Part shown: positions 10,301 to 18,691 of the stretch, one piece after another
Layout: each line of letters starts with the position of its first letter
How positions within the stretch are numbered: the stretch's first letter is position 1
Source of the DNA: Candidatus Aenigmatarchaeota archaeon
GTDB lineage: Archaea; Aenigmatarchaeota; Aenigmatarchaeia; CG10238-14; SCSR01
DNA length: 58,169 bases
Reading direction: 5' to 3'
Assembly (NCBI GenBank): GCA_039000165.1
Contig: JAWBTW010000003.1
Coordinates: forward strand, 21,187 to 79,355
The notes under the pieces: model-generated
What the model saw: only the letters and a program-made list of their open reading frames with translations
Database searches by the model: none
Told to the model about the DNA's origin: nothing
Made by a program: the position numbers and the translations under genes

Positions 10301-10394
10301 GGGCCTATAGCTCAGCCTGGTTAGAGCAATCGCCTTATATGGCTCGCTTTCGTGAGAAAGCGATAGGTCGAGGGTTCAAATCCCTCTAGGCCCA
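10301..10394 (+). tRNA. tRNA-Ile(UAU) with 19-nt intron at 37/38 (10340..10358)
   Basis: Acceptor GGGCCTA/TAGGCCC, D-stem GCTC/GAGC, anticodon stem ATCGC/GCGAT, loop CT-TAT-A|A, T-arm GAGGG-TTCAAAT-CCCTC. BHB central helix CUUA/UGAG. Spliced length 75 nt; CCA not encoded. Confidence 0.92.
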
Positions 10395-10451
10395 TAAATT
10401 AACCTAATAAATCTCTTTTCCTTAGTAATTTAATTATGGGTAAAAATAAAA

Positions 10452-10684
10452 ATGAATTGGTCTGGAGTTTTATATGGTGGTTTCGGATGTGAACTTGCTT
10501 TGTGCGGTGCGATTGCTGCTTCTTGTCAAATCAATTATGCAAAATAGCTGGCATTACTCTTGTTGCCTCAGGTTCCATGATTGCGTATGCTGGTTTTGTC
10601 GAAGACACTATGTATGAAAAGTATAAACTACATGAAACACTTTATAAAGGCTTAAAAAATTTATATAAAAAGTTGATAAGATAA
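10452..10684 (+). pseudogene. Small two-TM membrane protein gene apparently split by a 1-nt frameshift
   Basis: ATG 10452 frame (MNWSGVLYGGFGCELALCGAIAASCQINYAK*) and the -1 frame (KIAGITLVASGSMIAYAGFVED...) join at the AAAA run 10541-10544 into ~77 aa. Confidence 0.45.
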
Positions 10685-10719
10685 CAGTGTAACTATTTTT
10701 ACTTCTCTTCTATTTTCTT

Positions 10720-11709
10720 TTAAACTACAATGCTCATAAATGCTTCTGCTATTAGAAAGTAAATTGCTAAAGTTAATATATCGCTTAGCAAGGTTGCTAA
10801 AGGCCCAGTTGCTATTGCCGGATCTTTCCCAATTTTTTTGAAGAAAAGGGGTAAAAGACTTGAAACCAAAACTCCAGCAAACATCCCAACAAATAATGCT
10901 ACTCCAACTATACAACTTAATAAAAAATTTTTCCATCCTATTAAAGCGATTAAAGCAAGAGTTAGAGAACAAACAGAAGAAAGAGCAAGAGTAACTTTAA
11001 GCTCTCTTATCATGTAAGACTTAACAGAAAACTTTGGGTCTAAAGCTATACTCCTTACTATCAAAGTTTCTGATTGAGTTCCTATGGAATCTGTTATGTA
11101 AACCATAACTGGAATGAAAGAAGCCAAAGCGAGGAAAACGCTTAAAACACTTTCAAAAAAAGTTACTATTGAAGCTGCTATAATTCCGCCAAAAATTCCT
11201 ACTAAAAGCCATGGTAACCTTGATTTAATCATGTGCTTAGCAGGAGATTTTATTGTTGTATATTCCTTTCCTACTTTGTGAAACAAACCGCCAAACTTAA
11301 AAATATCTTCTCTTACTTCCTGATTAAAAATTGTTAGAATTGTGTCATAAGGAACTACTCCAAGCAAATGATTTTTCTCGTCTACTACAGGAACTGCTTT
11401 TATTCCCTTTGAAAGAGCAAGATAAACTATCCTTTCCTGATGAGTTCTTGGATGAGCAAAAACCAAATCTTTTTTCATGATATCTTTAGCTTTCAAGTTT
11501 TTATCTTTAGCTTTCATAAGTTCTTTAATGGAAAAAACTCCGCAGAGGACTTTTTCTTTATCCACAACGTATATATAATCCAAAACCTCAAATTTCTCTG
11601 CTTCTCTAGTTAAAATTTTCTTAACCTCTTCCAAAGAAGAATCAACGCTAACTACAGGAACTTCTTTTATCATTAAAGATTCTGCAGTTTTTAAACTTTT
11701 TTGTTCCAT
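10720..11709 (-). CDS. mgtE: MgtE-family Mg2+ transporter (CBS pair + TM domain)
   Basis: Two CBS domains, SRLPWLL, FIPVMVYITDSIGTQ, DPAIATGPLATLLSD. ATG 11709 preferred over TTG 11736. Confidence 0.93.
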   Translation of the reverse strand: MEQKSLKTAESLMIKEVPVVSVDSSLEEVKKILTREAEKFEVLDYIYVVDKEKVLCGVFSIKELMKAKDKNLKAKDIMKKDLVFAHPRTHQERIVYLALSKGIKAVPVVDEKNHLLGVVPYDTILTIFNQEVREDIFKFGGLFHKVGKEYTTIKSPAKHMIKSRLPWLLVGIFGGIIAASIVTFFESVLSVFLALASFIPVMVYITDSIGTQSETLIVRSIALDPKFSVKSYMIRELKVTLALSSVCSLTLALIALIGWKNFLLSCIVGVALFVGMFAGVLVSSLLPLFFKKIGKDPAIATGPLATLLSDILTLAIYFLIAEAFMSIVV

Positions 11710-11789
11710 TAAACTCTTCAAAAATAATTTCTTCAATCTTACTTAAAAACTTGCTTAAATTAATAAAAGCAAAAGAATAAAAAGAAAAT

Positions 11790-12164
11790 ATGGAAATACA
11801 AGAAGCTTTTGGAAAAGTTGTTAACCTTTCTCACAAGAGTTTAGAAAAAGCGCTTGAGGTTTTAGAGTTAAGCAAAGATAAACTTGAGAAGAACATAAAA
11901 AATAAGAAATTCTTGATTTCTCATAAAAATTTTGACTTAATAATCGATTACAAACCAAACTCAAAACAAATTGTTCTTTATTTAACTGCAAAAAAATGGA
12001 GTAAAAAGTTGTTAAAAAGCTTAAAAGAAGGGGACGAATTTAAGTCTATGGTTGTTCTTTTAGGAAATACAAAAATTCTTAAAAGTGACTTTGACATAAG
12101 AATAGGTGCTTTTGGTATTCCTAGCTCTGAACTTGTAAGAGCAGTAATCCAGCATAAATCATAA
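11790..12164 (+). CDS. Hypothetical protein
   Basis: 124-aa ORF filling the gap, host-like codon usage; no motif recognised. Confidence 0.7.
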   Translation: MEIQEAFGKVVNLSHKSLEKALEVLELSKDKLEKNIKNKKFLISHKNFDLIIDYKPNSKQIVLYLTAKKWSKKLLKSLKEGDEFKSMVVLLGNTKILKSDFDIRIGAFGIPSSELVRAVIQHKS

Positions 12165-12671
12165 AGATTTTTCTATTAGCTCTAGAATTAACTTAGGTAA
12201 CGAATTTCTGTTTTTTTCCGTAACTTCTATGATTTCGCCAAAATCATTGAATTTTCTTACGAAATTTCTATGCAAAACTGCAACTAAAGGTTTCTCTGAA
12301 AGAAGAACTTGAGTAAGCTTTTCTCTAAACCTTTGACTGAAAAATTCCATTTTCCCTATTTCATCTATCGCTATAACATCACATTCTCTAAGAGCAAAAT
12401 CCATCGCATTTAAAGCAACTCTCTCAAAGTCTTCAAGATTTATTCCATAACCTCCAAGTTGCGGGCCAATCTTTATATCCTTGCTTGCTAAAATTCCAAT
12501 TTCATTAGAAAAGATATCTTTAACACAAAAACCTACTCTCTTGCCTTTTTCTCTTATCTCTGGTGTAACAAAACCACCTACTCTCTTGCCTTTTTCTTTG
12601 AGTAAATTCACGACCTTTTCCAAAACTGTTGATTTCCCGATGCCAGGCTTACCTGTTAAAAAAATTTTCAT
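12159..12671 (-). CDS. Nucleoside-triphosphatase (THEP1/COG1618 family)
   Basis: IFLTGKPGIGKST, GGFVTPEIRE.G.RVGF, VIAIDEIGKME. Confidence 0.95.
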   Translation of the reverse strand: MKIFLTGKPGIGKSTVLEKVVNLLKEKGKRVGGFVTPEIREKGKRVGFCVKDIFSNEIGILASKDIKIGPQLGGYGINLEDFERVALNAMDFALRECDVIAIDEIGKMEFFSQRFREKLTQVLLSEKPLVAVLHRNFVRKFNDFGEIIEVTEKNRNSLPKLILELIEKSL

Positions 12672-12723
12672 AATTTTCTGTTTGGTTGGTTATTTTAAAT
12701 ATTTCATGATGCAACAATAGATT

Positions 12724-13308
12724 ATGATTAAAAAAATAGTTTTGTCCATCCTTCTTCTAGTTGTTTTATTAATGACATTAAACTTTTCTTTAACAAGTTT
12801 TACTTACCATAGCTCTAACTTTAGTTTAAGTTTACTCTTCGGGTTCATAGTTTCTTCTTTTTTATTGTTTTTGCTTTTCAAGAAGAAAGAAGAAAAAATT
12901 TTGGAAAAAGCTGGTATAAAAAAAGAAGTTGAAAAAAACAGGATAATTGAAGAGTATGGTCTAACTAAGTACTCTTGTGAATTAAGAAAAAACATAGAGT
13001 ATGTAAGCAAAATCTACAGTAACATAAGGGAAAAACTTGTTTATTTAGGGTATATGGAAACTGAAGAGATGAAGCAGTTAGAAGAAAGAAGTAGAATTGT
13101 GGAAGAGATGTTAGATAGCTTGTACGATGCTTTAGAAAATCTCAAAAAAGGTAGAGAGTACAACTCTGTTAGTAGTGTAGAGCATGCTTTTAAATTATCA
13201 GAAGATTTACCTTATTCTGAATTGGTTGAAAATCTTAGAAATCTTGCCACAAAAATGAGAGAAGCTTACACCTTAAAAACTATCAAATTAAAAGAGCTAA
13301 AAAATTAA
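12724..13308 (+). CDS. Two-TM membrane protein with helical cytoplasmic domain (paralog A)
   Basis: Two N-terminal hydrophobic helices; similar to 13348..13971. Confidence 0.8.
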   Translation: MIKKIVLSILLLVVLLMTLNFSLTSFTYHSSNFSLSLLFGFIVSSFLLFLLFKKKEEKILEKAGIKKEVEKNRIIEEYGLTKYSCELRKNIEYVSKIYSNIREKLVYLGYMETEEMKQLEERSRIVEEMLDSLYDALENLKKGREYNSVSSVEHAFKLSEDLPYSELVENLRNLATKMREAYTLKTIKLKELKN

Positions 13309-13347
13309 TCACACTTAATAAATATTTTGAAAGCGTAAGATTAAATT

Positions 13348-13971
13348 ATGTTAAAAAAATTTTTTGCAGTTTTCGGAGTATTTCTCTTCTCTTTTATTTC
13401 TTACTTATTCTTAAGCAGTCCTACAGCTATGAGCGTTTCACAAACAAACCCAAACTTTTGGCTTCCTTTGAGCGTTTCAGTAGTATTTTTAGCTCTTCTT
13501 ATAATTCTTCTATCCGTAGATGAAAGAAAACTTGCAGAAAAAGTTGGAATTTTGAAAAGGATAGAAGAACAAGAAGCTATAGAAGAAGTGAGAAAAGTTA
13601 GAAGACTGTTTGGTCTTGAGAAATATCAGGAAGAACTTAGAAAAGCGATAGAAAAAGCTTCGTCTATCTATCAGAATATAAGGAAAGAATTCGCAGAAAG
13701 TGAAAGAAGTGGTCTAAAAGGCGAAGAAGACAAATTGTTTTACGCAAAAACTATGTTTGAAGAGCTTTATGGAGCTGTTCACAATTTGAAGCTTAAAAAG
13801 CCAAACAAAGCGATAAAATACCTAGAAGATGCAAGAAAAGCGTGTGAAGAATTAGGCTATTCTGATTTTGCTGAAGAGCTTGCATATTTGCAAGCAAGGA
13901 TGGAAGTAACTTATACCCAACTGAAAAAAATGCTAAAAGAGATTCAAGAAAAAGTGGAGACCTTTTTATGA
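13348..13971 (+). CDS. Two-TM membrane protein with helical cytoplasmic domain (paralog B)
   Basis: Same architecture as paralog A; EKVGI..FGLEKY..ELRK.IE..S.IY.NIR pattern is shared. Confidence 0.8.
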   Translation: MLKKFFAVFGVFLFSFISYLFLSSPTAMSVSQTNPNFWLPLSVSVVFLALLIILLSVDERKLAEKVGILKRIEEQEAIEEVRKVRRLFGLEKYQEELRKAIEKASSIYQNIRKEFAESERSGLKGEEDKLFYAKTMFEELYGAVHNLKLKKPNKAIKYLEDARKACEELGYSDFAEELAYLQARMEVTYTQLKKMLKEIQEKVETFL

Positions 13972-13976
13972 TTAAA

Positions 13977-14101
13977 TAGCGGGGAGTGGATTTGAACCAC
14001 TGACCTTTCCCCCAGACTTAGTCTGTCCGGGTGTCGCATGAGCAGCCATTATGAGCCATTCGCAAAGCTTCGGCGAGCACTCCAGGCTGCTCTACCCCGC
14101 T
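13977..14101 (-). tRNA. Initiator tRNA-Met(CAU) with three introns (29/30, 37/38, 43/44)
   Basis: A1:U72 acceptor AGCGGGG/CCCCGCT. Removing 14058..14070, 14033..14049 and 14007..14026 yields a 75-nt tRNA with CCGGG-CT-CAT-AA-CCCGG (three G:C pairs, the initiator signature). Each junction has a BHB-like motif. Confidence 0.9.
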
Positions 14102-14233
14102 TTGACATTTTATATTATTGATTAAAAACAACAATTTATATATTTTTTTACTAAGGAAGTGGTATTTTTTGTACCCGTTTTTCACTCTTAAAGTTAAAAA
14201 CCTAATTATTTAGTTTGAAGCAACTTTTTCATC

Positions 14234-14548
14234 ATGTATGAAGAGAAAAGTATCCTTAAAAGAACAAAAAATTACATCAAGAGTTATTTTACTTTACCAT
14301 GTCTAATTGGTGGTGCTACAGGCACTGCCTTAGGCTACTGGGGATCTTTAACTGCATTATCTCTTTACGATATTATAACTAACAAATTGCCACAAGCTAT
14401 AAACACAGGCAATCTTAGCATTTTTCTATATTCAAATTATTGGGATGCTGCAGGAAAAATTGCTTTCGTAAGTGGAATTGCAGGCTTAATTTTAGCAAGA
14501 AGAGTAGAAAGATCGACAATTTCTTTTCTCAAAAGAATCTTAAGGTGA
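14234..14548 (+). CDS. Small membrane protein with glycine-zipper-like helices
   Basis: LIGGATGTALGYWG and FVSGIAGLIL helices; 4 nt upstream of the TrmB gene. Confidence 0.7.
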   Translation: MYEEKSILKRTKNYIKSYFTLPCLIGGATGTALGYWGSLTALSLYDIITNKLPQAINTGNLSIFLYSNYWDAAGKIAFVSGIAGLILARRVERSTISFLKRILR

Positions 14549-14552
14549 AACT

Positions 14553-15362
14553 ATGTTATTTACTAGCGAAGAAGAAACGATAAAGAAAGATGAAATTCTT
14601 AACACTTTCAAAGAACTTGGTTTGAGTGAGTACGAGACAAAAGTCTATTCTGCGTTGTTGTTTCTTGGTCCCTCAAAGGTTGGAAAAATAAGCAAAGTAT
14701 CAAAAGTTCCGCAATCAAAAATTTATGGCGTGCTAGAAGAACTTACGCAAAAGGAGCTAGTTGAGGTTTTTGATGGAAGACCTAAAGAATTCAAGGCAAT
14801 TCCAATAAAAATAGCTTTTAAAAACCTTCTGCACAAAAAAGAAGAAAACCTTAGAATTTTAAAAAGCAGAATAAATTTCTTGACAAAATTATTTAGACCT
14901 TTGAAAAATGATGAAGAATTTTGTGAAGGAATTTGGGTGCAAAAAAATGAAAAAAGTTGGGAAGCTCTAAACAGGTTTTCAACCATGCTAGAAAACTGTA
15001 AAGAATATGTTTTCGATATAACAAAAGATTTTTCCTTAACCCCTTCTTTGAGAGACTCTTTAAGAAGATGTGTGAAAAAAGGTGTAGAACTTAGGGTAAT
15101 AAGTACAACAAAAATTACAAAAGAAAATTTTTGTAGAGCAAAATGGTTTTATGATAACGGTTTCAAAATAAAAGTTTTTGAAGCAGGAAATCATCCAAGA
15201 GTTTTGATAGTAGATGGAAAGGAAGTTGGAATAAAGCTCGAAAGCAACTCGAATAAGTTTTATTTCCAATTCCTTTGGTCTAAAAACAACTCTTTAGTTA
15301 GAATTTTTGATAATTACGCAAAAGCATTATGGAAGATTGCTAAACCGCTAAGAATTAGCTAA
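14553..15362 (+). CDS. TrmB-family transcriptional regulator
   Basis: LGLSEYETKVYSALL...SKVPQSKIYGVLEEL..K.LV N-terminal wHTH, then a PLD-like effector domain (HPRVLIVDGKE). Confidence 0.92.
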   Translation: MLFTSEEETIKKDEILNTFKELGLSEYETKVYSALLFLGPSKVGKISKVSKVPQSKIYGVLEELTQKELVEVFDGRPKEFKAIPIKIAFKNLLHKKEENLRILKSRINFLTKLFRPLKNDEEFCEGIWVQKNEKSWEALNRFSTMLENCKEYVFDITKDFSLTPSLRDSLRRCVKKGVELRVISTTKITKENFCRAKWFYDNGFKIKVFEAGNHPRVLIVDGKEVGIKLESNSNKFYFQFLWSKNNSLVRIFDNYAKALWKIAKPLRIS

Positions 15363-16437
15363 GTGCTTTAGATATAGAGATTATTCTTGTCTTCCCTTTC
15401 ATACCTTTCTTCACTTCTTTTATTTTTATTAGTCCGATTTGATTGAGATGATTGATTAAATCTCTAAAAGCTCTGTCGCTAAGAGGATTTTCCGTTTTTT
15501 TACAATATTCTCTATACAACTCTCCTGAAGTTAAACTTTTTTTCTCTTTCAAGATTTCCAAGATAATTTTTTCATTCTCGCTTATATTTTCTTCCAAAAT
15601 TTTTGGCTTAGCTGGTTTAATTTGTGGCAAAACTTTTTTCACATGAAGAACTTTAAGCTTATCTGAATTTTCACTTTCTGCCAATCTACCAGCCCTAAGT
15701 AAGCATTCCAAACCAACTCTCACGTCACTTCCCTTTTGAACAGCAAAGTTTGCTACTAGAATAGCTACTCCTTCTTCTACAGAGTGGAAAGCATTTTTTA
15801 TTCTTTCCTCAATGATATCTTTCATCTCTTGTACATTATAAGGCTTAAATTCTATTTCCTCTACTCTTAAACTGCTTTTTATTCTTGGATCAAGATTAAC
15901 AAAAACATCTTTGAAATTAGAAATAAAAACAAGACATACTGGGTTTTTTAAGTATTGGTTAATTCTCAACAAATCATAAAGGATTTCCGGACTTTTGAAT
16001 ATTAGTTGATCTACCTCATCCAAACAAACAACCAAACCCCTTTTTGTTTTACCTAAAAATTCTATCATTTTTTCCAGAACTTCATCCTTGCTTATCCCTC
16101 TTCTTGGAGCAAATACGCCTAACTCGTTTGCAATTTTTGTAAGGATAGAAAGAGGAGTATTATAATCCCAACAATTTATGTAAATTGTCTTTATATTTTC
16201 ACTAAAATCTTCAAACTCGCGGAAGACAAATTTAATAACATGCGTCTTTCCTATTCCTGGTGGACCAAAAATAAAAGTGTTTTGTCCTGCTGAACCTCTA
16301 GCTACTGGCATTAAATTCCTTGCTATTTGTTTTATTTTATCTTCTCTGTGTGGTAAAAACTCGGGCAAATAATCAGGAGATAAAACTTCCTCGTTTTTAA
16401 AAATTCTTGATTCGTAAATTTCTGAAAAAGTTTTCAT
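15355..16437 (-). CDS. cdc6: Orc1/Cdc6 replication initiator
   Basis: LSPDYLPEFLPHRE, Walker A GPPGIGKT, Walker B LDEVDQL, C-terminal wHTH. Confidence 0.95.
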   Translation of the reverse strand: MKTFSEIYESRIFKNEEVLSPDYLPEFLPHREDKIKQIARNLMPVARGSAGQNTFIFGPPGIGKTHVIKFVFREFEDFSENIKTIYINCWDYNTPLSILTKIANELGVFAPRRGISKDEVLEKMIEFLGKTKRGLVVCLDEVDQLIFKSPEILYDLLRINQYLKNPVCLVFISNFKDVFVNLDPRIKSSLRVEEIEFKPYNVQEMKDIIEERIKNAFHSVEEGVAILVANFAVQKGSDVRVGLECLLRAGRLAESENSDKLKVLHVKKVLPQIKPAKPKILEENISENEKIILEILKEKKSLTSGELYREYCKKTENPLSDRAFRDLINHLNQIGLIKIKEVKKGMKGKTRIISISKALS

Positions 16438-18035
16438 ATCACTTCCTTCAATTTTTTAATCGAATCTTCTTTTGTTTCGACAAGATAAGGTCCGAGTCTT
16501 GGTCCTTTTTCAACTTTCAAAAGAATTTTATACAAAAGTTTAAAAAAGTCTGCTGGTTTGATTCCATGAGCTCTTGAAATTTCAAAAATTTTTGTTTGCA
16601 TTTTTTCTCCATCTTCTTCTTTCTCTAAACTATCAACAAGCTCTCTTATTGCTTCTTTTTCTTCTTCCGAAATTTCCACTTTTGCTTCTAATTTTTCTTC
16701 TTCAACCCAATTTATAGCAAACTCAAGTCTCTTTTTCAAATCTTCTATTAATTCTGTGTCAAGTTCACTCACAAGTTTCATTTCTTTTAATTTTTGAATT
16801 GCAAACTCCAATCGATTCTTTTCTGGCAACATTCTTGCAATTTCAACAAACCTTGAATAAGGAATTTGTAAAGATGGTTTGTTTGGTGGTTTAAGAAAGT
16901 AAACGTACTCAAAAAGTCTTTTTGCATTGAGTAACTCTCTTTCGTTTTCAACTTTTTCTAAGCCAAAGTATATTCTTTCAAGTTTTATAAGCTCGTCCAT
17001 ATACTTTGGGATATCGCTAATATCAAGCTCTCTTGTTCCTTCAAACCTTTTAAACATTAGTAGAATTAAACTTTGGACACTTCCGTACTTAAACCAAACT
17101 TGAGGGGTAAAGACATTACCATAAGATTTTGAAATTTTTTTCCCTCCTTTTTCTAGAAACATCTCGTACATTATGTGAATCGGGGGTTCAAAACCTAGAA
17201 TTTCTTTACAAATTATATCGTTAACTCTAACAGAATCATGAATGTCTTTTCCATAAGCTTCAAAAACTATTCCCAGAGCTTTCCATCTTGCTGCAAATTC
17301 ACCTTTCCAGCTAAGCTTACCATTTCCTTTAAAGTAGCTTGCCTCACCTTCATAACCGCAACCTTTAACTATTATTTCTTTTCCTGTGTTTAGGTTTTTT
17401 CCGATAAACTCTTGGTCACAAACATACAATACCTTATGCTCTTCAGGAAGAAGCTTATAAGCTCTAGTTGTATAAATTTTTCCACATCTTTCACAAACAG
17501 GAAAATAAGGAAGCATTTCCACAAATTTTTCTTGCCCAAGCAAATCTTTTACTATTCTTCCAATTTTTTCCGCGTTTAGAAGAATTTGCTCTATTTCCTT
17601 ATCTAAAACTCCTTTTCTGTAGTTTTCTGTTCCAGATTGAAAAGTGTAATCTATTCCAGCCTTTTCTATAGCTTCTATAAGTAAAGAGCTCATGTGCTCA
17701 CCATAACTTGAATGACAATTGAAAGGATCGGGAATGTTAGTAACGGGAACTCCTATGTATTTTTCAAGCCAATTTGGCATAGTTAGAGGAACTTTCCTTA
17801 AACCGTCTCTATCGTCAGAGTAAGCAATAAACTCTGATTTAAACCCCAAATCCCTTAAACCTAGGGTCACTCCATACTGCCTAACTACATCACCAAAACT
17901 ACCTAGATGAGGAAAACCAGAAGCTCCTAAACCAGATTCTGTTCTCAAAACCTTTATTCCTCTTTTTAATTTCTCTTCTCTTTCAACTATTTGTTTTGCT
18001 ACTCTATCAATCCAAAACTCGTATTTTTTTTCCAT
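16434..18035 (-). CDS. lysS: Lysyl-tRNA synthetase, class I
   Basis: SGLGASGFPHLGS (HIGH), SDDRDGLRKVP, KISKS (KMSKS), GPRLG. Confidence 0.97.
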   Translation of the reverse strand: MEKKYEFWIDRVAKQIVEREEKLKRGIKVLRTESGLGASGFPHLGSFGDVVRQYGVTLGLRDLGFKSEFIAYSDDRDGLRKVPLTMPNWLEKYIGVPVTNIPDPFNCHSSYGEHMSSLLIEAIEKAGIDYTFQSGTENYRKGVLDKEIEQILLNAEKIGRIVKDLLGQEKFVEMLPYFPVCERCGKIYTTRAYKLLPEEHKVLYVCDQEFIGKNLNTGKEIIVKGCGYEGEASYFKGNGKLSWKGEFAARWKALGIVFEAYGKDIHDSVRVNDIICKEILGFEPPIHIMYEMFLEKGGKKISKSYGNVFTPQVWFKYGSVQSLILLMFKRFEGTRELDISDIPKYMDELIKLERIYFGLEKVENERELLNAKRLFEYVYFLKPPNKPSLQIPYSRFVEIARMLPEKNRLEFAIQKLKEMKLVSELDTELIEDLKKRLEFAINWVEEEKLEAKVEISEEEKEAIRELVDSLEKEEDGEKMQTKIFEISRAHGIKPADFFKLLYKILLKVEKGPRLGPYLVETKEDSIKKLKEVI

Positions 18036-18059
18036 TTTTCTTCACTTTTAAAAAATCTG

Positions 18060-18130
18060 TGGGCCTGCCAGGAATTGAACCTGGTTCTTGGCGTTGTAAG
18101 CGCCACGTCCTACCGTTAGACTACAGGCCC
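18060..18130 (-). tRNA. tRNA-Val(UAC), intronless
   Basis: GGGCCTG/CAGGCCC acceptor, TGGCG-CT-TAC-AA-CGCCA anticodon arm, CCAGG-TTCAATT-CCTGG T-arm; 71 nt; no CCA. Confidence 0.95.
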
Positions 18131-18177
18131 TTAGCCAATATTTATTTTTGTGTCGAGTAAACTAATAAATTATTTTT

Positions 18178-18660
18178 TTAAAGCTTAAGTGAATGCTCAA
18201 TTCTTATAGGAATTTCTTTTGATTTCTTGTTTTTGCCATCATCTAAAACTTTATAAGCTTTTATTAATCCATAACTAACGTAAGAAACATTTCTTTTAAA
18301 AAATTTTTCTTCAAATTCTGCCCTTGCCCACAAAACTATTTCTACATCTTTTACCACATCCAAATCATCCGGGGATAAATCCATTTTACCATTCGGGTGT
18401 GAATGATACTGGAAAAATAAATATTCTGGATTAAATTTCTTAAACATTTTGATGTACATTTCTGTCCTTTGATTATCAACCTCATTATTGCTAGCTTTTT
18501 CGAAAACAGGAATCACTCCTTTCAAGTAGAATTTTTTACCTTTCTTGATTCCGTAAACAAAACCACTAAATTCAGTTCTAGCAAGAGCAGATATTCTTGC
18601 TAGTTCTGTTAGTCTAATGGCATCAACCGTTGACAAATAAATTTCTTCTATTTCTACCAT
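18178..18660 (-). CDS. JAB/MPN (JAMM) metalloprotease-domain protein
   Basis: E(FSG) plus HSHPNGKMDLSPDD = E...HxH-x7-S-x2-D. ATG 18660 preferred over the track start 18726, which overlaps the PIN gene. Confidence 0.8.
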   Translation of the reverse strand: MVEIEEIYLSTVDAIRLTELARISALARTEFSGFVYGIKKGKKFYLKGVIPVFEKASNNEVDNQRTEMYIKMFKKFNPEYLFFQYHSHPNGKMDLSPDDLDVVKDVEIVLWARAEFEEKFFKRNVSYVSYGLIKAYKVLDDGKNKKSKEIPIRIEHSLKL

Positions 18661-18691
18661 AAAAATTAAAGAATCCTCAAACTTTAAATCC

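Noticed and set aside
10513-10546. Possible BHB intron (10519..10544) that would restore the frame of the split membrane gene
   Set aside because: The central helix UUGC/GCAA exists but both flanking helices mismatch; a 1-nt indel is more parsimonious.
14102-16437. Replication origin near cdc6
   Set aside because: cdc6 overlaps both neighbours, and I found no ORB or mini-ORB repeats with G-strings in the nearest AT-rich intergenic region.
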